Shown: positions 20,475 through 29,249 of the stretch, piece by piece
Position numbering within the stretch: the first letter of the stretch is position 1
Layout of the letters: each line of letters opens with the position of its first letter
From: Thermoanaerobaculia bacterium
GTDB lineage: Bacteria > Acidobacteriota > Thermoanaerobaculia > Multivoradales > Multivoraceae
Direction: 5' to 3'
DNA: 64,000 nt
NCBI GenBank assembly: GCA_965116445.1
Contig: OZ220688.1
Coordinates: 1,349,149 to 1,413,148 of the forward strand
Notes under the pieces: model-generated
The model's input: only the letters and a program-made list of their open reading frames with translations
What the model was told of the DNA's origin: nothing
Database searches by the model: none
Position numbers and translations under genes: made by a program

Positions 20475-21506
20475 TCAGACGTGCCGTTCGAGGAAGGGCA
20501 ACATCGCTTGGAGGCACTCATCCGGCTTCTCCAGCAGGAGAAAGTGGCTCGTGTCGGGCACGAAGTCGTAGTCCAGGATGAGGATGTGGCTCAGGTTCAC
20601 GCTCGGCAGAAAGGAAAACGGCACCGTCGGATCACTGCCGATCGCCTTGAGTGGGAAGCCCAGATTCCCCAGATCGACCCGGAGCACCCAGTCGACGGAT
20701 TGGTCGATGATCCGGGCCTCGTGCTCGCTGGAGCATCGAGGTTCGTACCCATCGCCGTCGGCGGCCGGGCGGAGCATCTTCTCCGCCAGGAGTTCCGCAA
20801 CGCCGGGTAGCAGAAGCCCGAAGACGGATGCCCGGCCAATGCCCTTGGCAAGTGCTTCGACGGTCTCGAAACGCTGCGGGCGGCGCCTGACCGAAGCGCT
20901 CATGCCGCGCAGTTTCCCCTGCACGTCAGCGACGTCGACCGGATCGCAACCGAGCGGGCAGATCACGGGGTCGAAGAGCACCATGGCCGAGAATCCCTCT
21001 CCGCCGGCTGCGTACAGCGCTGCGGTCAAGGCCGACATCGAGTGGAAGACGCCGACCTTCGGCTTGCAGCCGAAGTGCCGGTCGACAGCCTCGGCAACGC
21101 AGCCATGGTCCTGGACCATGGCCGGCACCGTCTGCAAGTCCAATTCGCTGACCGGGTTCCAGCCGTGGCTCCTCTGGTCCCAAAGGATGAGATCGAACCG
21201 GTCCGCGAGCAAGGACCAGAACGGATAGTAGGCGTCGGCCGCGAATCCGTTGCCGTGACTCAGGACGAGGCGCGGCCCATCGCGATTGCCGTGCCTCCTG
21301 AGAATGATCGGAGTCCCGTCATCGGCGTGGGCCTCGACCACGGCCGACGGTTCGGGCACCTTCCAGATCGCGCCCACGTCAGCAGCGTCGCCTTCCTGGC
21401 TCACCGGCGTTCCGCCCTTCTGCGAGAGCAATCCGGCGGTCAGGCCGCCAGCGCATCCTGGCCGAACCGCTCCATCGCTTCCAGCGTCTCCCGCACGTCG
21501 TCCCAA
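20475..21506 (-). CDS. Alpha/beta-hydrolase fold protein
   Basis: RLVLSHGNGFAAD ... ILWDQRSHGWN ... GVFHSMSALTAAL fits the alpha/beta-hydrolase nucleophile elbow (HSMSA). N-terminal start uncertain; the ORF overlaps the next gene by 66 nt. Confidence 0.6.
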   Translation of the reverse strand: MGRRAGDAGSDGAVRPGCAGGLTAGLLSQKGGTPVSQEGDAADVGAIWKVPEPSAVVEAHADDGTPIILRRHGNRDGPRLVLSHGNGFAADAYYPFWSLLADRFDLILWDQRSHGWNPVSELDLQTVPAMVQDHGCVAEAVDRHFGCKPKVGVFHSMSALTAALYAAGGEGFSAMVLFDPVICPLGCDPVDVADVQGKLRGMSASVRRRPQRFETVEALAKGIGRASVFGLLLPGVAELLAEKMLRPAADGDGYEPRCSSEHEARIIDQSVDWVLRVDLGNLGFPLKAIGSDPTVPFSFLPSVNLSHILILDYDFVPDTSHFLLLEKPDECLQAMLPFLERHV

Positions 21507-22840
21507 CTCGTCGAGTGGTTGATGATGCAGAGACGAAGCGAGAAGGTCCCGTGGAGCGACGTCGACGAAACGAACGCCCGGTCATCCCAGAAGAGACGGG
21601 CCAGGACCTCCCTGTTGACGTCCTCGAGCTCCCGTCCTCCAGGCCGGCGGCCCGCGGGGTTCACCCTGATGCAGACGATGCCAAGCGACGCCGGCGTCAG
21701 CAGTTCCAGGGTCCGACTCTCCTGAACGTACTCCTCGGCTCGCTTCGAGAGTGCCATCCCCTTGGACACGGCCCGCCTGAACGCGGACACCCCGAACGTC
21801 TGAATCGACATCCAGATCTTCAGCGCCCGGAACGAGCGGCTCAACTGCAAGCCGCGATCGTTGATGTTGGGGTGGTTCGCGCCCCAGATCGTGTCCTGGA
21901 GCACCGTCGTGCCGAAGGCGAAGACGTCTTCGAGCTTGCTGGCATCCTTCACCAGCAGGCAGCCCACCTCGTACGGCTGGAAAAGCCACTTGTGCGGGTC
22001 CAGTCCGATCGAGTCGGCGCGTTCGATTCCGCCCAGGAGTTCACTGCCCCTCTCGGTGATCGCGGCGAAACCGCCGTACGCAGCGTCGACATGCAACCAG
22101 ATGTCCTCCGCCTCGCAGAAGTCCGCCATTTCCTGGAGCGGGTCGATCGCTCCGGTGCTGGACGCCCCGGCGTTGGCGCAGATCGCCAAGGGCTGGAACC
22201 CCGCTGCACGATCCTCCGCGACGGCCCGCGCCAGGGCCTCCATGTCCAGACGGTAGTCCCCGTCGGTCGCGACCATGCGGATGCCCTCCCGCCGGACGCC
22301 GACGATCAGCGCGGCACGCGCCTGCGCACTGTGACTCTGGTCGCTCATGTAGACGGACGGGCGCTCCGGATTGCCGGCCGCTTCCCGGGCGGCCACGAAG
22401 GCGTCCACCGTGGCGGCGGAACCACCGCTTGTCAGCAAACCCCCTGCACTCTCCGGGTAGCCGAGCCAGCGCTGGAACCAGTCCAGGACGACGAGTTCGA
22501 CCTGGCTCGGACCGCTCGCGACCAGCCAGGTACAGGCGTTCACGTTCCAGGCGGAAGCCAGGAAGTCCGCGACGACGCCAGGCCAGGTCGGCTCCGATGG
22601 CACGAACCCGAAACAGCGGGGGTGGTCCAGCCGGGTCGTCATCGGGAGGATGTCGTCCACGGCCCGCTGCAGGACTTCCTCCGCCGGGCGGCCATCTTCC
22701 GGCGGATTCTCGAGCAGCAGGCGCTCGAGCCCCTCCTTGAACTCCCCGTCCCAGGCGTTCTCACGGGGCAGGCTCTCGATCCGGGCTACCGCGAGCTCCG
22801 CCGCCTTGCCGGCCAGAGCCAACATGGCTTCAGGCGACAT
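21440..22840 (-). CDS. Group II pyridoxal-phosphate-dependent amino-acid decarboxylase
   Basis: LDHPRCFGFVPSEPTWPGVVADFLASAWNVN ... TSGGSAATVDAF ... SDQSHSAQ ... LDPHKWLFQPYEVGCLLV match group II decarboxylases, with the PLP-lysine in DPHKW. Start chosen at internal ATG; the track ORF extends to 22930. Confidence 0.75.
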   Translation of the reverse strand: MSPEAMLALAGKAAELAVARIESLPRENAWDGEFKEGLERLLLENPPEDGRPAEEVLQRAVDDILPMTTRLDHPRCFGFVPSEPTWPGVVADFLASAWNVNACTWLVASGPSQVELVVLDWFQRWLGYPESAGGLLTSGGSAATVDAFVAAREAAGNPERPSVYMSDQSHSAQARAALIVGVRREGIRMVATDGDYRLDMEALARAVAEDRAAGFQPLAICANAGASSTGAIDPLQEMADFCEAEDIWLHVDAAYGGFAAITERGSELLGGIERADSIGLDPHKWLFQPYEVGCLLVKDASKLEDVFAFGTTVLQDTIWGANHPNINDRGLQLSRSFRALKIWMSIQTFGVSAFRRAVSKGMALSKRAEEYVQESRTLELLTPASLGIVCIRVNPAGRRPGGRELEDVNREVLARLFWDDRAFVSSTSLHGTFSLRLCIINHSTSWDDVRETLEAMERFGQDALAA

Positions 22841-22979
22841 CCGCAGGTCGGAACGGCCTGCTTCCTCATCGGCGGCCCGGGGGTTCTCTCCTCCCCTGCC
22901 GCCCTTTCCACGCGGGGCCATGCAGTTCAACCTTACCGCGTCAGCACAATCACCGAACGGAATCAGTCAGCGCAGCCAC

Positions 22980-23882
22980 TCAGCGGAAGGCCGGCGCGAC
23001 TTCCTCGATGAACCGGTCCAGAACGTCCTTCTGCCGGTCCTTGCCGCCCAGGTTGAAGGCCGGGACGATGAACTCGTCCACTCCCGCGTCCCGATAGGCG
23101 CCGACCGCGTCGGCGATCTGAGACACGCCGCCGAGGTTCGAGGGCATCGCCGTGCCGCGCGCTCGCACCTTGGCCAGGAAGGTCGCGTCGTCGCTCAGGA
23201 ACAGCAGCGCAACCGCCGAGCGTTCGATCTCGGCCGGATCGCGTCCGACGTTCTCGCAGTGAGCGTCGAGCACCGCCATCTTGTGCTTGAGGATGTCCAC
23301 CGTGCCCCACCCGTTCCACTCGTCGGCATGCTGGGCGGTGATCCGCAGGGTCACCTTCTCGCCGCCGCCGCCGACCATCAGCGGCAGCGGGTCCTGGACC
23401 GGCTTGGGCTCCAGCGGTGCCTCGACCAGTTGGTAGGCATCGCCCACGTAGTTCGCGCTTTGCCGGCCATAGAGCGCCTTGATCACCCGGCACGCTTCGT
23501 CCAGACGGCGGAGCCGCTCGCCCAGCGTGTAGAACGGGATGCCGTACGCCAGGTGCTCGTTCTCCTGCCAGCCGGCGCCGAGGCCCAGCACGACCCGGCC
23601 ACCCGAGATGTGATCGATCGTCGCCGCCATCTTCGCCAGCACCGCCGGATGCCGGTACGTGTTGCCCGTGACCAGCGGACCGAGCCGCACGCGAGGCACG
23701 GCCGCCGCCAGAGCCGCGATCGTCGTCCAGCTCTCCGCCCACGGCGCCGACGTGTCCTCGCCGTTCGGCATGAAGTGGTCCGCGTACCAGATGCCGTCCC
23801 AGCCGGTCGCCTCCACGTGCCGGGACATCTCCAGCAGGTCGGGCCAGGGCATCGTCGGAGCGGGCCAGTAACTGAATCGCAT
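22980..23882 (-). CDS. LLM-class (luciferase-like) flavin/F420-dependent oxidoreductase
   Basis: MRFSYWPAPTMPW ... GWDGIWYADHF ... GRVVLGLGAGWQENEH typical of the LLM family. RBS GGAGAC before the ATG at 23882. Confidence 0.75.
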   Translation of the reverse strand: MRFSYWPAPTMPWPDLLEMSRHVEATGWDGIWYADHFMPNGEDTSAPWAESWTTIAALAAAVPRVRLGPLVTGNTYRHPAVLAKMAATIDHISGGRVVLGLGAGWQENEHLAYGIPFYTLGERLRRLDEACRVIKALYGRQSANYVGDAYQLVEAPLEPKPVQDPLPLMVGGGGEKVTLRITAQHADEWNGWGTVDILKHKMAVLDAHCENVGRDPAEIERSAVALLFLSDDATFLAKVRARGTAMPSNLGGVSQIADAVGAYRDAGVDEFIVPAFNLGGKDRQKDVLDRFIEEVAPAFR

Positions 23883-23987
23883 TCGCTGTCTCCGTGTCGT
23901 CGCTGGAACCGTCGCGACCGCCCAGCCGGCCCCGAGCGAAACGCGTAGATTACCTGCGCGACGACCACCACCCAACCGGCGGGGACT

Positions 23988-24374
23988 TCACCACAACCGG
24001 TCCACCGTGTACGCGTCGAAGGCCCGGTCGACCGACACGAGCCGCAGGTCGTGTGCAAGCGCCTGGGCGATCAGCATACGGTCGAACGGGTCGCGGTGCG
24101 GACCGGCAAGCCGGCCCGCGCGTTCGGCATCGGTCACGCTGATCGGGAGTTCCCTGAATCCCTGCGCGGCGATGCAGGCCACAACATCGGCTGCGACACG
24201 CTCGCCACCCGGCAGTTTGCCCAAGCGGTACTTGGTGGCCAACTCCCATGCAGACGCCGCGCTGACGAAGATGTCGTTCGCGTCGTCCGCGATCACGTCG
24301 CGGGCAGCCTCGGAAAGACGCGCACTGTCAGCTACCCACCAGAGAAGCGCATGGGTGTCGATCAGGGCCCGCAC
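23988..24374 (-). CDS. vapC: PIN-domain toxin VapC (type II toxin-antitoxin)
   Basis: 128 aa. LIDTHALLWW ... FVSAASAWELATKY ... PFDRMLIAQA are conserved PIN acidic motifs. Confidence 0.8.
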   Translation of the reverse strand: MRALIDTHALLWWVADSARLSEAARDVIADDANDIFVSAASAWELATKYRLGKLPGGERVAADVVACIAAQGFRELPISVTDAERAGRLAGPHRDPFDRMLIAQALAHDLRLVSVDRAFDAYTVDRLW

Positions 24375-24608
24375 TCAACCGCCTTCCCAGGCGGCGAGTT
24401 CGTCCTCCGGTAGCGGGTCGAAGAAGCTGTCGGGAACCTTGATCTTGCCCTTGAGGACATCCGGCTGACGCCGGGCTACGGGCTTGCAGGGAACGAGCCG
24501 CGCCACCGGCTCACCGTCCCGGGCGATCACTACGTCTTCACCCGCCTCCATCTCCGCCAGCAGCCGCGAGAGATGAGTCTTCGCCTGATGAACGTTGACA
24601 ACCGACAT
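24375..24608 (-). CDS. Phd/YefM-type antitoxin (VapB partner)
   Basis: 77 aa. VNVHQAKTHLSRLL ... VVIARDGEPVARLVP is a classical Phd/YefM N-terminus. Immediately upstream of vapC on the same strand. Confidence 0.8.
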   Translation of the reverse strand: MSVVNVHQAKTHLSRLLAEMEAGEDVVIARDGEPVARLVPCKPVARRQPDVLKGKIKVPDSFFDPLPEDELAAWEGG

Positions 24609-24713
24609 CGTTAGCTAACGCTATGACCAGGCAGATTCGGAGTCAACCTGTCGCCAGCGGCTTGACACCAGGTCCGCGAGTGCGGCGAGGGAGAGCGGCT
24701 GTGAAACGCACGT

Positions 24714-25232
24714 CTAGCGAAGCCGCCAGCCCGCTGCCTGCGCCGCGAGCACGATCCGCGCACAGGCGAGCGCGTCCGAACCGGCGTCATGGTGCTGGAG
24801 AGGAATGTCCAGGCGTCGACAAACGTGCGCCAGGCCGGCCGACGAAACATCCCAGTGGTTCCTGGCCAACTCCACCGTGCAAACGTAGCGCCTGCGGGGC
24901 GGCCGCAGCCGGTACAGAGCGCAACAGGCATTCAGCACCCGCCGGTCGAACTTCGCGTTGTGCGCGGCCACGAACCGCGCGGAGACGAGCCACTCCCGCA
25001 GCATCGGCCAGAGATCCGCGAACGTCGGCGCCTCGCGCACGTCCTCCCAGCTCAGACCGTGGATCCCGGTGAACGTGAACCGCCTGCCCGGCGGCCGGAT
25101 CAGGTAGCTCCGCGACTGCACGACCTGCCCCCCGCTACAAGCCGCGAGGCCCACCGAACAGGCACTGTCGTGCCGGGAGTTCGCGATCTCGAAGTCGATG
25201 GCGACGAAGGGGTCGGTTCGGTTGGCTACCAT
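24714..25232 (-). CDS. DEDDh 3'-5' exonuclease (DnaQ/epsilon-like)
   Basis: VAIDFEIAN (Exo I), FVAAHNAKFDRRVL (Exo II) and HHDAGSDALACARI (Exo III with HxAxxD). Confidence 0.7.
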   Translation of the reverse strand: MVANRTDPFVAIDFEIANSRHDSACSVGLAACSGGQVVQSRSYLIRPPGRRFTFTGIHGLSWEDVREAPTFADLWPMLREWLVSARFVAAHNAKFDRRVLNACCALYRLRPPRRRYVCTVELARNHWDVSSAGLAHVCRRLDIPLQHHDAGSDALACARIVLAAQAAGWRLR

Positions 25233-25333
25233 CCGGCGGTGATGGTAGCGATGAAGCCGCCGACCAGCCACTGCGGCCGCTACGGGCTTCTAGAGGCACA
25301 ACGAAAGGGCGTCGGCACTGCTCTTTAGGACTC

Positions 25334-25579
25334 TTGGGAGAGGCCATGACCGAGAAACGACTACACCGGAGCAAACGCCTAGTGTGGTGCACACTTGCCT
25401 TCGCGCTCATCGGCGCTTCCTGCGCTCCTGCCGGAGTCAAGCTCTACAAGATCAACATGAGCGGCCAGTCGGAGCAGATGGCGCTGATTCACGGATGGGC
25501 CGACGACATGGATGTCTGCCTGGAGATCGCCGACTTCCTGAACGGCAGCGAACCAAACCGCTACAGCTGCGAACTCTGA
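25334..25579 (+). CDS. Small hypothetical lipoprotein (about 77-81 aa), lower GC than neighbours
   Basis: Lipobox LIGASC, 4 Cys, GC about 58 %. Flanked by REP-like elements. Confidence 0.4.
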   Translation: MGEAMTEKRLHRSKRLVWCTLAFALIGASCAPAGVKLYKINMSGQSEQMALIHGWADDMDVCLEIADFLNGSEPNRYSCEL

Positions 25580-25654
25580 TGTAGCGCCCTCCCGTTCGGC
25601 TTCGCCCCTCCCTTTCTGCCAACGTACGTGACACAGCGGTCAATCCGTTGAATG

Positions 25655-25730
25655 GTGGAGCGAGGCTGGCGCCTCGCGCGTTTCTCTCCGGAAAGCCGAC
25701 GGGGACGTCGGCGCACCCAGTCGGGCACGG
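25655..25730. repeat. REP-like element copy (GCGAGGC..GCCTCGCGCG hairpin + GCCGACGGGGACGTCGGCGCACCCAGT)
   Basis: Exact core motifs seen. Intergenic, upstream of the 25798 lipoprotein gene. Confidence 0.75.
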
Positions 25731-25797
25731 CGTGAAGAACCCTCGGCTGCCATACTGCAGCCGATCCGACCCCCAAAGGGCCGGAAGGAGCTTCACG

Positions 25798-26481
25798 ATG
25801 AAGGCGCGCACACTGGCAATCTTCGCCGTCCTCTTCTCGGGTTGCGGCGGCGCGTCACCCGAGGCCACGGTGGTCGAGGGCCCGGGCGCCCTGTCCATCC
25901 GGGGCGAGGTCTGGGCCGATAACTGGTTCGCCTTCTACCTGGACGACCGCCTGATCGTCGAGGACTCGACGCCGATTACGACGGAGCGGTCTTTCAATGC
26001 GGAGGCCTTCGTCTTCCGCGCCGACTATCCCCTGCAACTGAACTTCATCGCGAAGGACTTCAAGCAGGACGATACGGGCCTGGAGTACATCGGCCGCGGC
26101 AACCAGCAGATGGGCGACGGCGGACTCATTGCACAGTTCACGGATACCGCCACGGGCGAGACCGTCGCGGTGACGAACGCCGCCTGGCGATGTCTCGTGA
26201 TCCACGAGGCGCCGCTCGACCGCGCATGCGCGGACGAAGCCGAGCCGGCGCCGGGTGCGGGACCCTGCCAGTTCGAGGCGAAGGCGGCGCCCGAGGGCTG
26301 GCGCGAGCCCGGATTCGACGATTCCGGATGGCCGACGGCCGTAGAGCACAGCGCCGCCGCGGTCAGACCGAAGGGCGGGTACGACGACATCTCGTGGCGG
26401 GGCGGAGCGCGTCTGATCTGGTCGGCGGACCTGGAGACGCAGAACACGCTGCTGTGTCGGATGACGGTGCAGGCACCGTAA
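25798..26481 (+). CDS. Hypothetical lipoprotein (227 aa)
   Basis: RBS GGAAGGAG before ATG 25798. Signal plus lipobox FSGCGG. No recognisable catalytic motif. Confidence 0.5.
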   Translation: MKARTLAIFAVLFSGCGGASPEATVVEGPGALSIRGEVWADNWFAFYLDDRLIVEDSTPITTERSFNAEAFVFRADYPLQLNFIAKDFKQDDTGLEYIGRGNQQMGDGGLIAQFTDTATGETVAVTNAAWRCLVIHEAPLDRACADEAEPAPGAGPCQFEAKAAPEGWREPGFDDSGWPTAVEHSAAAVRPKGGYDDISWRGGARLIWSADLETQNTLLCRMTVQAP

Positions 26482-26590
26482 CGGTAACGGGCGCCGGATG
26501 CCGGCGGGAACCCGTGTGGCGCGGTCCGCGCCACACGCGAACCAGTCCGTGCGCCCGTCGTCGGGCGCACGGATGGCACGCCGGCGTACC
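26470..26590. repeat. Degenerate REP-like cluster (GTGTGGCGCG-GTCC-GCGCCACAC and GTGCGCCCGTCGTCGGGCGCAC hairpins, ...GCCGGCGTACCAGTG)
   Basis: Seen in sequence between convergent genes. Confidence 0.55.
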
Positions 26591-26619
26591 AGTGGCGGAA
26601 TACCGGTGCGCTCAGGGCT

Positions 26620-27606
26620 TCAGGCGTAGCCGTTCTCCTTGAACCAGCGCACGGCGCGCTTGAGTGCGGCTTCGACCGGGCTTTGGGGCAGGCCGAGTTC
26701 CCTGACCGCCTTGCCGGCGTCGAAGAACATCCTGTGACGCGCCATCCTCGCGCTGTCGAACGCGACGCGGGGCTCGCCGCCGAACAGCCGCGCCCAGCCG
26801 GTCGCCACGGCCGCGGCGCCGACAGGCAGCCAGTGCGGCAGCCGCAGTCGGGGCGGTTCGATCCCGGTGATGTCGCCCAGCATCCGCAGCATCCCGGCGA
26901 GGGTCACGTTGCGGCACCCCAGAATGTACTTCTCGCCGACACGCCCACGCTCGGCGGCCAGCAGGTGCCCGCGGGCGACGTCGCGCACGTCGACCAGGTT
27001 GAGCCCGGTATCGACGTACGCCGGCATGCGCCGGGCCAGGAAGTCGACGATGATCCGCCCGGTCGGCGTCGGCTTCACGTCCAGTTCGCCGACCGGCGTG
27101 GACGGATTCACGATGACGACCGGCGCGCCGGCCTCGGCCGCCTCGACGGCAACCCGTTCGGCGAGGTACTTGCTGCGCTTGTAGTGCCCGACGATCGCCT
27201 GGAGGCTGACCGGTGTCGCCTCCGTCGCAGGTTCGCCGCCGGGTTCCAGGCCGAGCGCGCCCACGGAACTCGTGTGGACGATGCGCTCCGCCCCCGCCTC
27301 GGTCGCCGCCGCCAGCAGATCCCGCGTGCCGTCCACGTTCGCGGCGTAGAGGTCACGCGGACGCCGCACGAACAGACGGTAGTCCGCGGCGCAGTGGTAG
27401 ACCTCGCCGCAACTCGCGCAGGCCTCCCGGAGACTCGCTGGATCCCGCAGGTCCCCCTCGACGATCTCCACGTCGAGGCCCTCCAGGTTCGAGCGGTTTC
27501 CACCCGGCCGCGCCAGACAACGGACGCGGTCCCCGCCGCGCTCGAGCAGCGCCCGGACAACGTGCGCGCCGACGAACCCGGTCCCGCCGGTGACGAGAAC
27601 CGTCAC
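26620..27606 (-). CDS. NAD-dependent epimerase/dehydratase (extended SDR) family protein
   Basis: MTVLVTGGTGFVGAHVV Rossmann motif. YHCAADY ... active-site region. HpnA/dihydroflavonol-reductase-like architecture. Confidence 0.75.
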   Translation of the reverse strand: MTVLVTGGTGFVGAHVVRALLERGGDRVRCLARPGGNRSNLEGLDVEIVEGDLRDPASLREACASCGEVYHCAADYRLFVRRPRDLYAANVDGTRDLLAAATEAGAERIVHTSSVGALGLEPGGEPATEATPVSLQAIVGHYKRSKYLAERVAVEAAEAGAPVVIVNPSTPVGELDVKPTPTGRIIVDFLARRMPAYVDTGLNLVDVRDVARGHLLAAERGRVGEKYILGCRNVTLAGMLRMLGDITGIEPPRLRLPHWLPVGAAAVATGWARLFGGEPRVAFDSARMARHRMFFDAGKAVRELGLPQSPVEAALKRAVRWFKENGYA

Positions 27607-27669
27607 CCGTCAGGGCCGTCCCGCAACGGCCGAACCATCGTCCATCACGGCGATCACATCCTCGTCATC

Positions 27670-27730
27670 GGGCCGCGGCCTGCAAGCGGATGCCGACGAG
27701 GACGTCGGCGCACCCGGTGGGTCGGAAGCC
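27670..27730. repeat. REP-like element copy (GCCGACGAGGACGTCGGCGCACCCGGTG)
   Basis: Core motif in the intergenic spacer between two minus-strand genes. Confidence 0.7.
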
Positions 27731-27733
27731 AGG

Positions 27734-28948
27734 TCAGTCGACAAGCGGCGCTTCCGACGGCAGTTCCACTCGCCGGCCTTCCACCGCCGAAAGGTACGCC
27801 GAGTAGAGCACTCGCACGACCTGCAGGCCGAGGTCGCCGTCCGACGCGGCGGCCACGCCGTCCAGCAGGTTGGCCGCGAACGCCTGGCACATGCCGAGCT
27901 GGCCCGAGGTCCAGTCCTCGTCCGGCATCGGGGTCGTCCAGCCGGCGCCGGAGTCGATCTTCTCCATGATGTAGGCGTCGCCGAAGACTCCGCCGTCAGG
28001 CGCATAGGCACGAAGCATGTCGTTCGGGCTCAGGGAGAGCCGCAGGCGGCAGTTGCTGGCGAACAGGTCGAGCGCGCTCTCCATGCCGCCCAGGACGTGG
28101 TCGCCGCCCCAGGCGACGGCGCGTGAGCCGTCGTCGAAGCCGATCACCGCTGTGCCCCAGTTCTCGACCTCGCCCCATTCCCCGGCGCTGCGAAGTTCGT
28201 CTGGCGACAGGCCCGCGACGGCACTGAGATCGGCGGTCTCGGCGCTGACCCAGGCGGGGCGTACCGGCTTGCCCTGGCGGCGCAGGCCCTCGACGCGCTT
28301 CAGGTGCAACATGGCGCCGACCGGGTGAGAGGCAAGCCGGATCAGGGCGCCGCCGCCGGTGTGCCGCCAGACCCGCGAGTAGGGAGAGTGGGACCCGCTG
28401 TGGCACTCGCCGCCCCGCATCTCGAGGAGCACGCCGTCCGCCTCCTCCAGCAACGCCTGCGCGCGACGGAAAGCCGGGGCGTAGATCCAGTTCTCGCCGT
28501 AGAGAAGCTGCACGCCGGCGCGGCTTGCCGCCTCGACCATCGCTCGCGCGTCCGCCTCGGCCACTCGCAGCATCAGAGAGCGGTCACGACCGGCTACTTC
28601 TGCGTCGCTCGCGGCTTCCGGCAAGTCCTGCCCCGTGTAGGCAGTCAGAGGCTTCGTGCAGATCACGTGCTTGCCGGCCGCGGCCGCCGCCTCGGTCATC
28701 CCGCGGTGCAGGCGGTTCGGCACGCAGAGATCGACGACATCGATCGATGAGCTCGCGAGCATCGCGTCGAGATCGTCGAATACGGCCGGCACGTCGAAGC
28801 GACGCGCGTAGTTCTCGGCTTGCTCGCGGCGCCGGGACGCGACGCCGGCGACGCGCGCCGAGACGACCTGCTTCCAGCAGCGGGCCCTGGTGTCGGCGAG
28901 GAACCCGGCGCCGACGATGCCGACGTGCAGTTGCCCTGAATCTCCCAT
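27734..28948 (-). CDS. Gfo/Idh/MocA-family NAD(P)-dependent oxidoreductase
   Basis: LHVGIVGAGFLADTRARCW ... VVDLCVPNRLH ... HVICTKPL are the canonical Gfo/Idh/MocA N-terminal motifs. Confidence 0.75.
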   Translation of the reverse strand: MGDSGQLHVGIVGAGFLADTRARCWKQVVSARVAGVASRRREQAENYARRFDVPAVFDDLDAMLASSSIDVVDLCVPNRLHRGMTEAAAAAGKHVICTKPLTAYTGQDLPEAASDAEVAGRDRSLMLRVAEADARAMVEAASRAGVQLLYGENWIYAPAFRRAQALLEEADGVLLEMRGGECHSGSHSPYSRVWRHTGGGALIRLASHPVGAMLHLKRVEGLRRQGKPVRPAWVSAETADLSAVAGLSPDELRSAGEWGEVENWGTAVIGFDDGSRAVAWGGDHVLGGMESALDLFASNCRLRLSLSPNDMLRAYAPDGGVFGDAYIMEKIDSGAGWTTPMPDEDWTSGQLGMCQAFAANLLDGVAAASDGDLGLQVVRVLYSAYLSAVEGRRVELPSEAPLVD

Positions 28949-28959
28949 CGACTCGCCGG

Positions 28960-29215
28960 GAGCATAGCTGCCAGGTGGCGGCGCCGATGCGGTTCCGGAT
29001 CCGCCTGCGGCGGATGCCGGCGGGACGCAGGCGCACCCAGTGACAATCGCGGCAACCCCACTGGGTGCGCCGACGTCCCCGTCGGCTTTCCGAAAGAGAC
29101 GCGCGAGGCCGCAGGCATCGCCCCACTCTCAGATCATGCTGTGTGGCCTGCGCACCCGTCATCGGACGCACGGATGACACGCAGGCGCACCCAGTGGGCA
29201 GACAGGTACGATTGG
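28960..29215. repeat. Cluster of about 3 REP-like units, including the perfect palindrome GGCGCACCCAGTG-N15-CACTGGGTGCGCC followed by GACGTCCCCGTCGGC
   Basis: Seen directly. Fills the spacer between the Gfo/Idh/MocA gene and the PQQ dehydrogenase gene. Confidence 0.8.
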
Positions 29216-29249
29216 CGACCGCCTTCCCCGCCCATTCAGAGACTGGAAC

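Noticed and set aside
28985-29215. Small ORFs and peptides ([23 protein letters not shown]...) recurring in several six-frame ORFs
   Set aside because: They are translations of the REP-like DNA repeats in different frames and orientations, not a conserved peptide.
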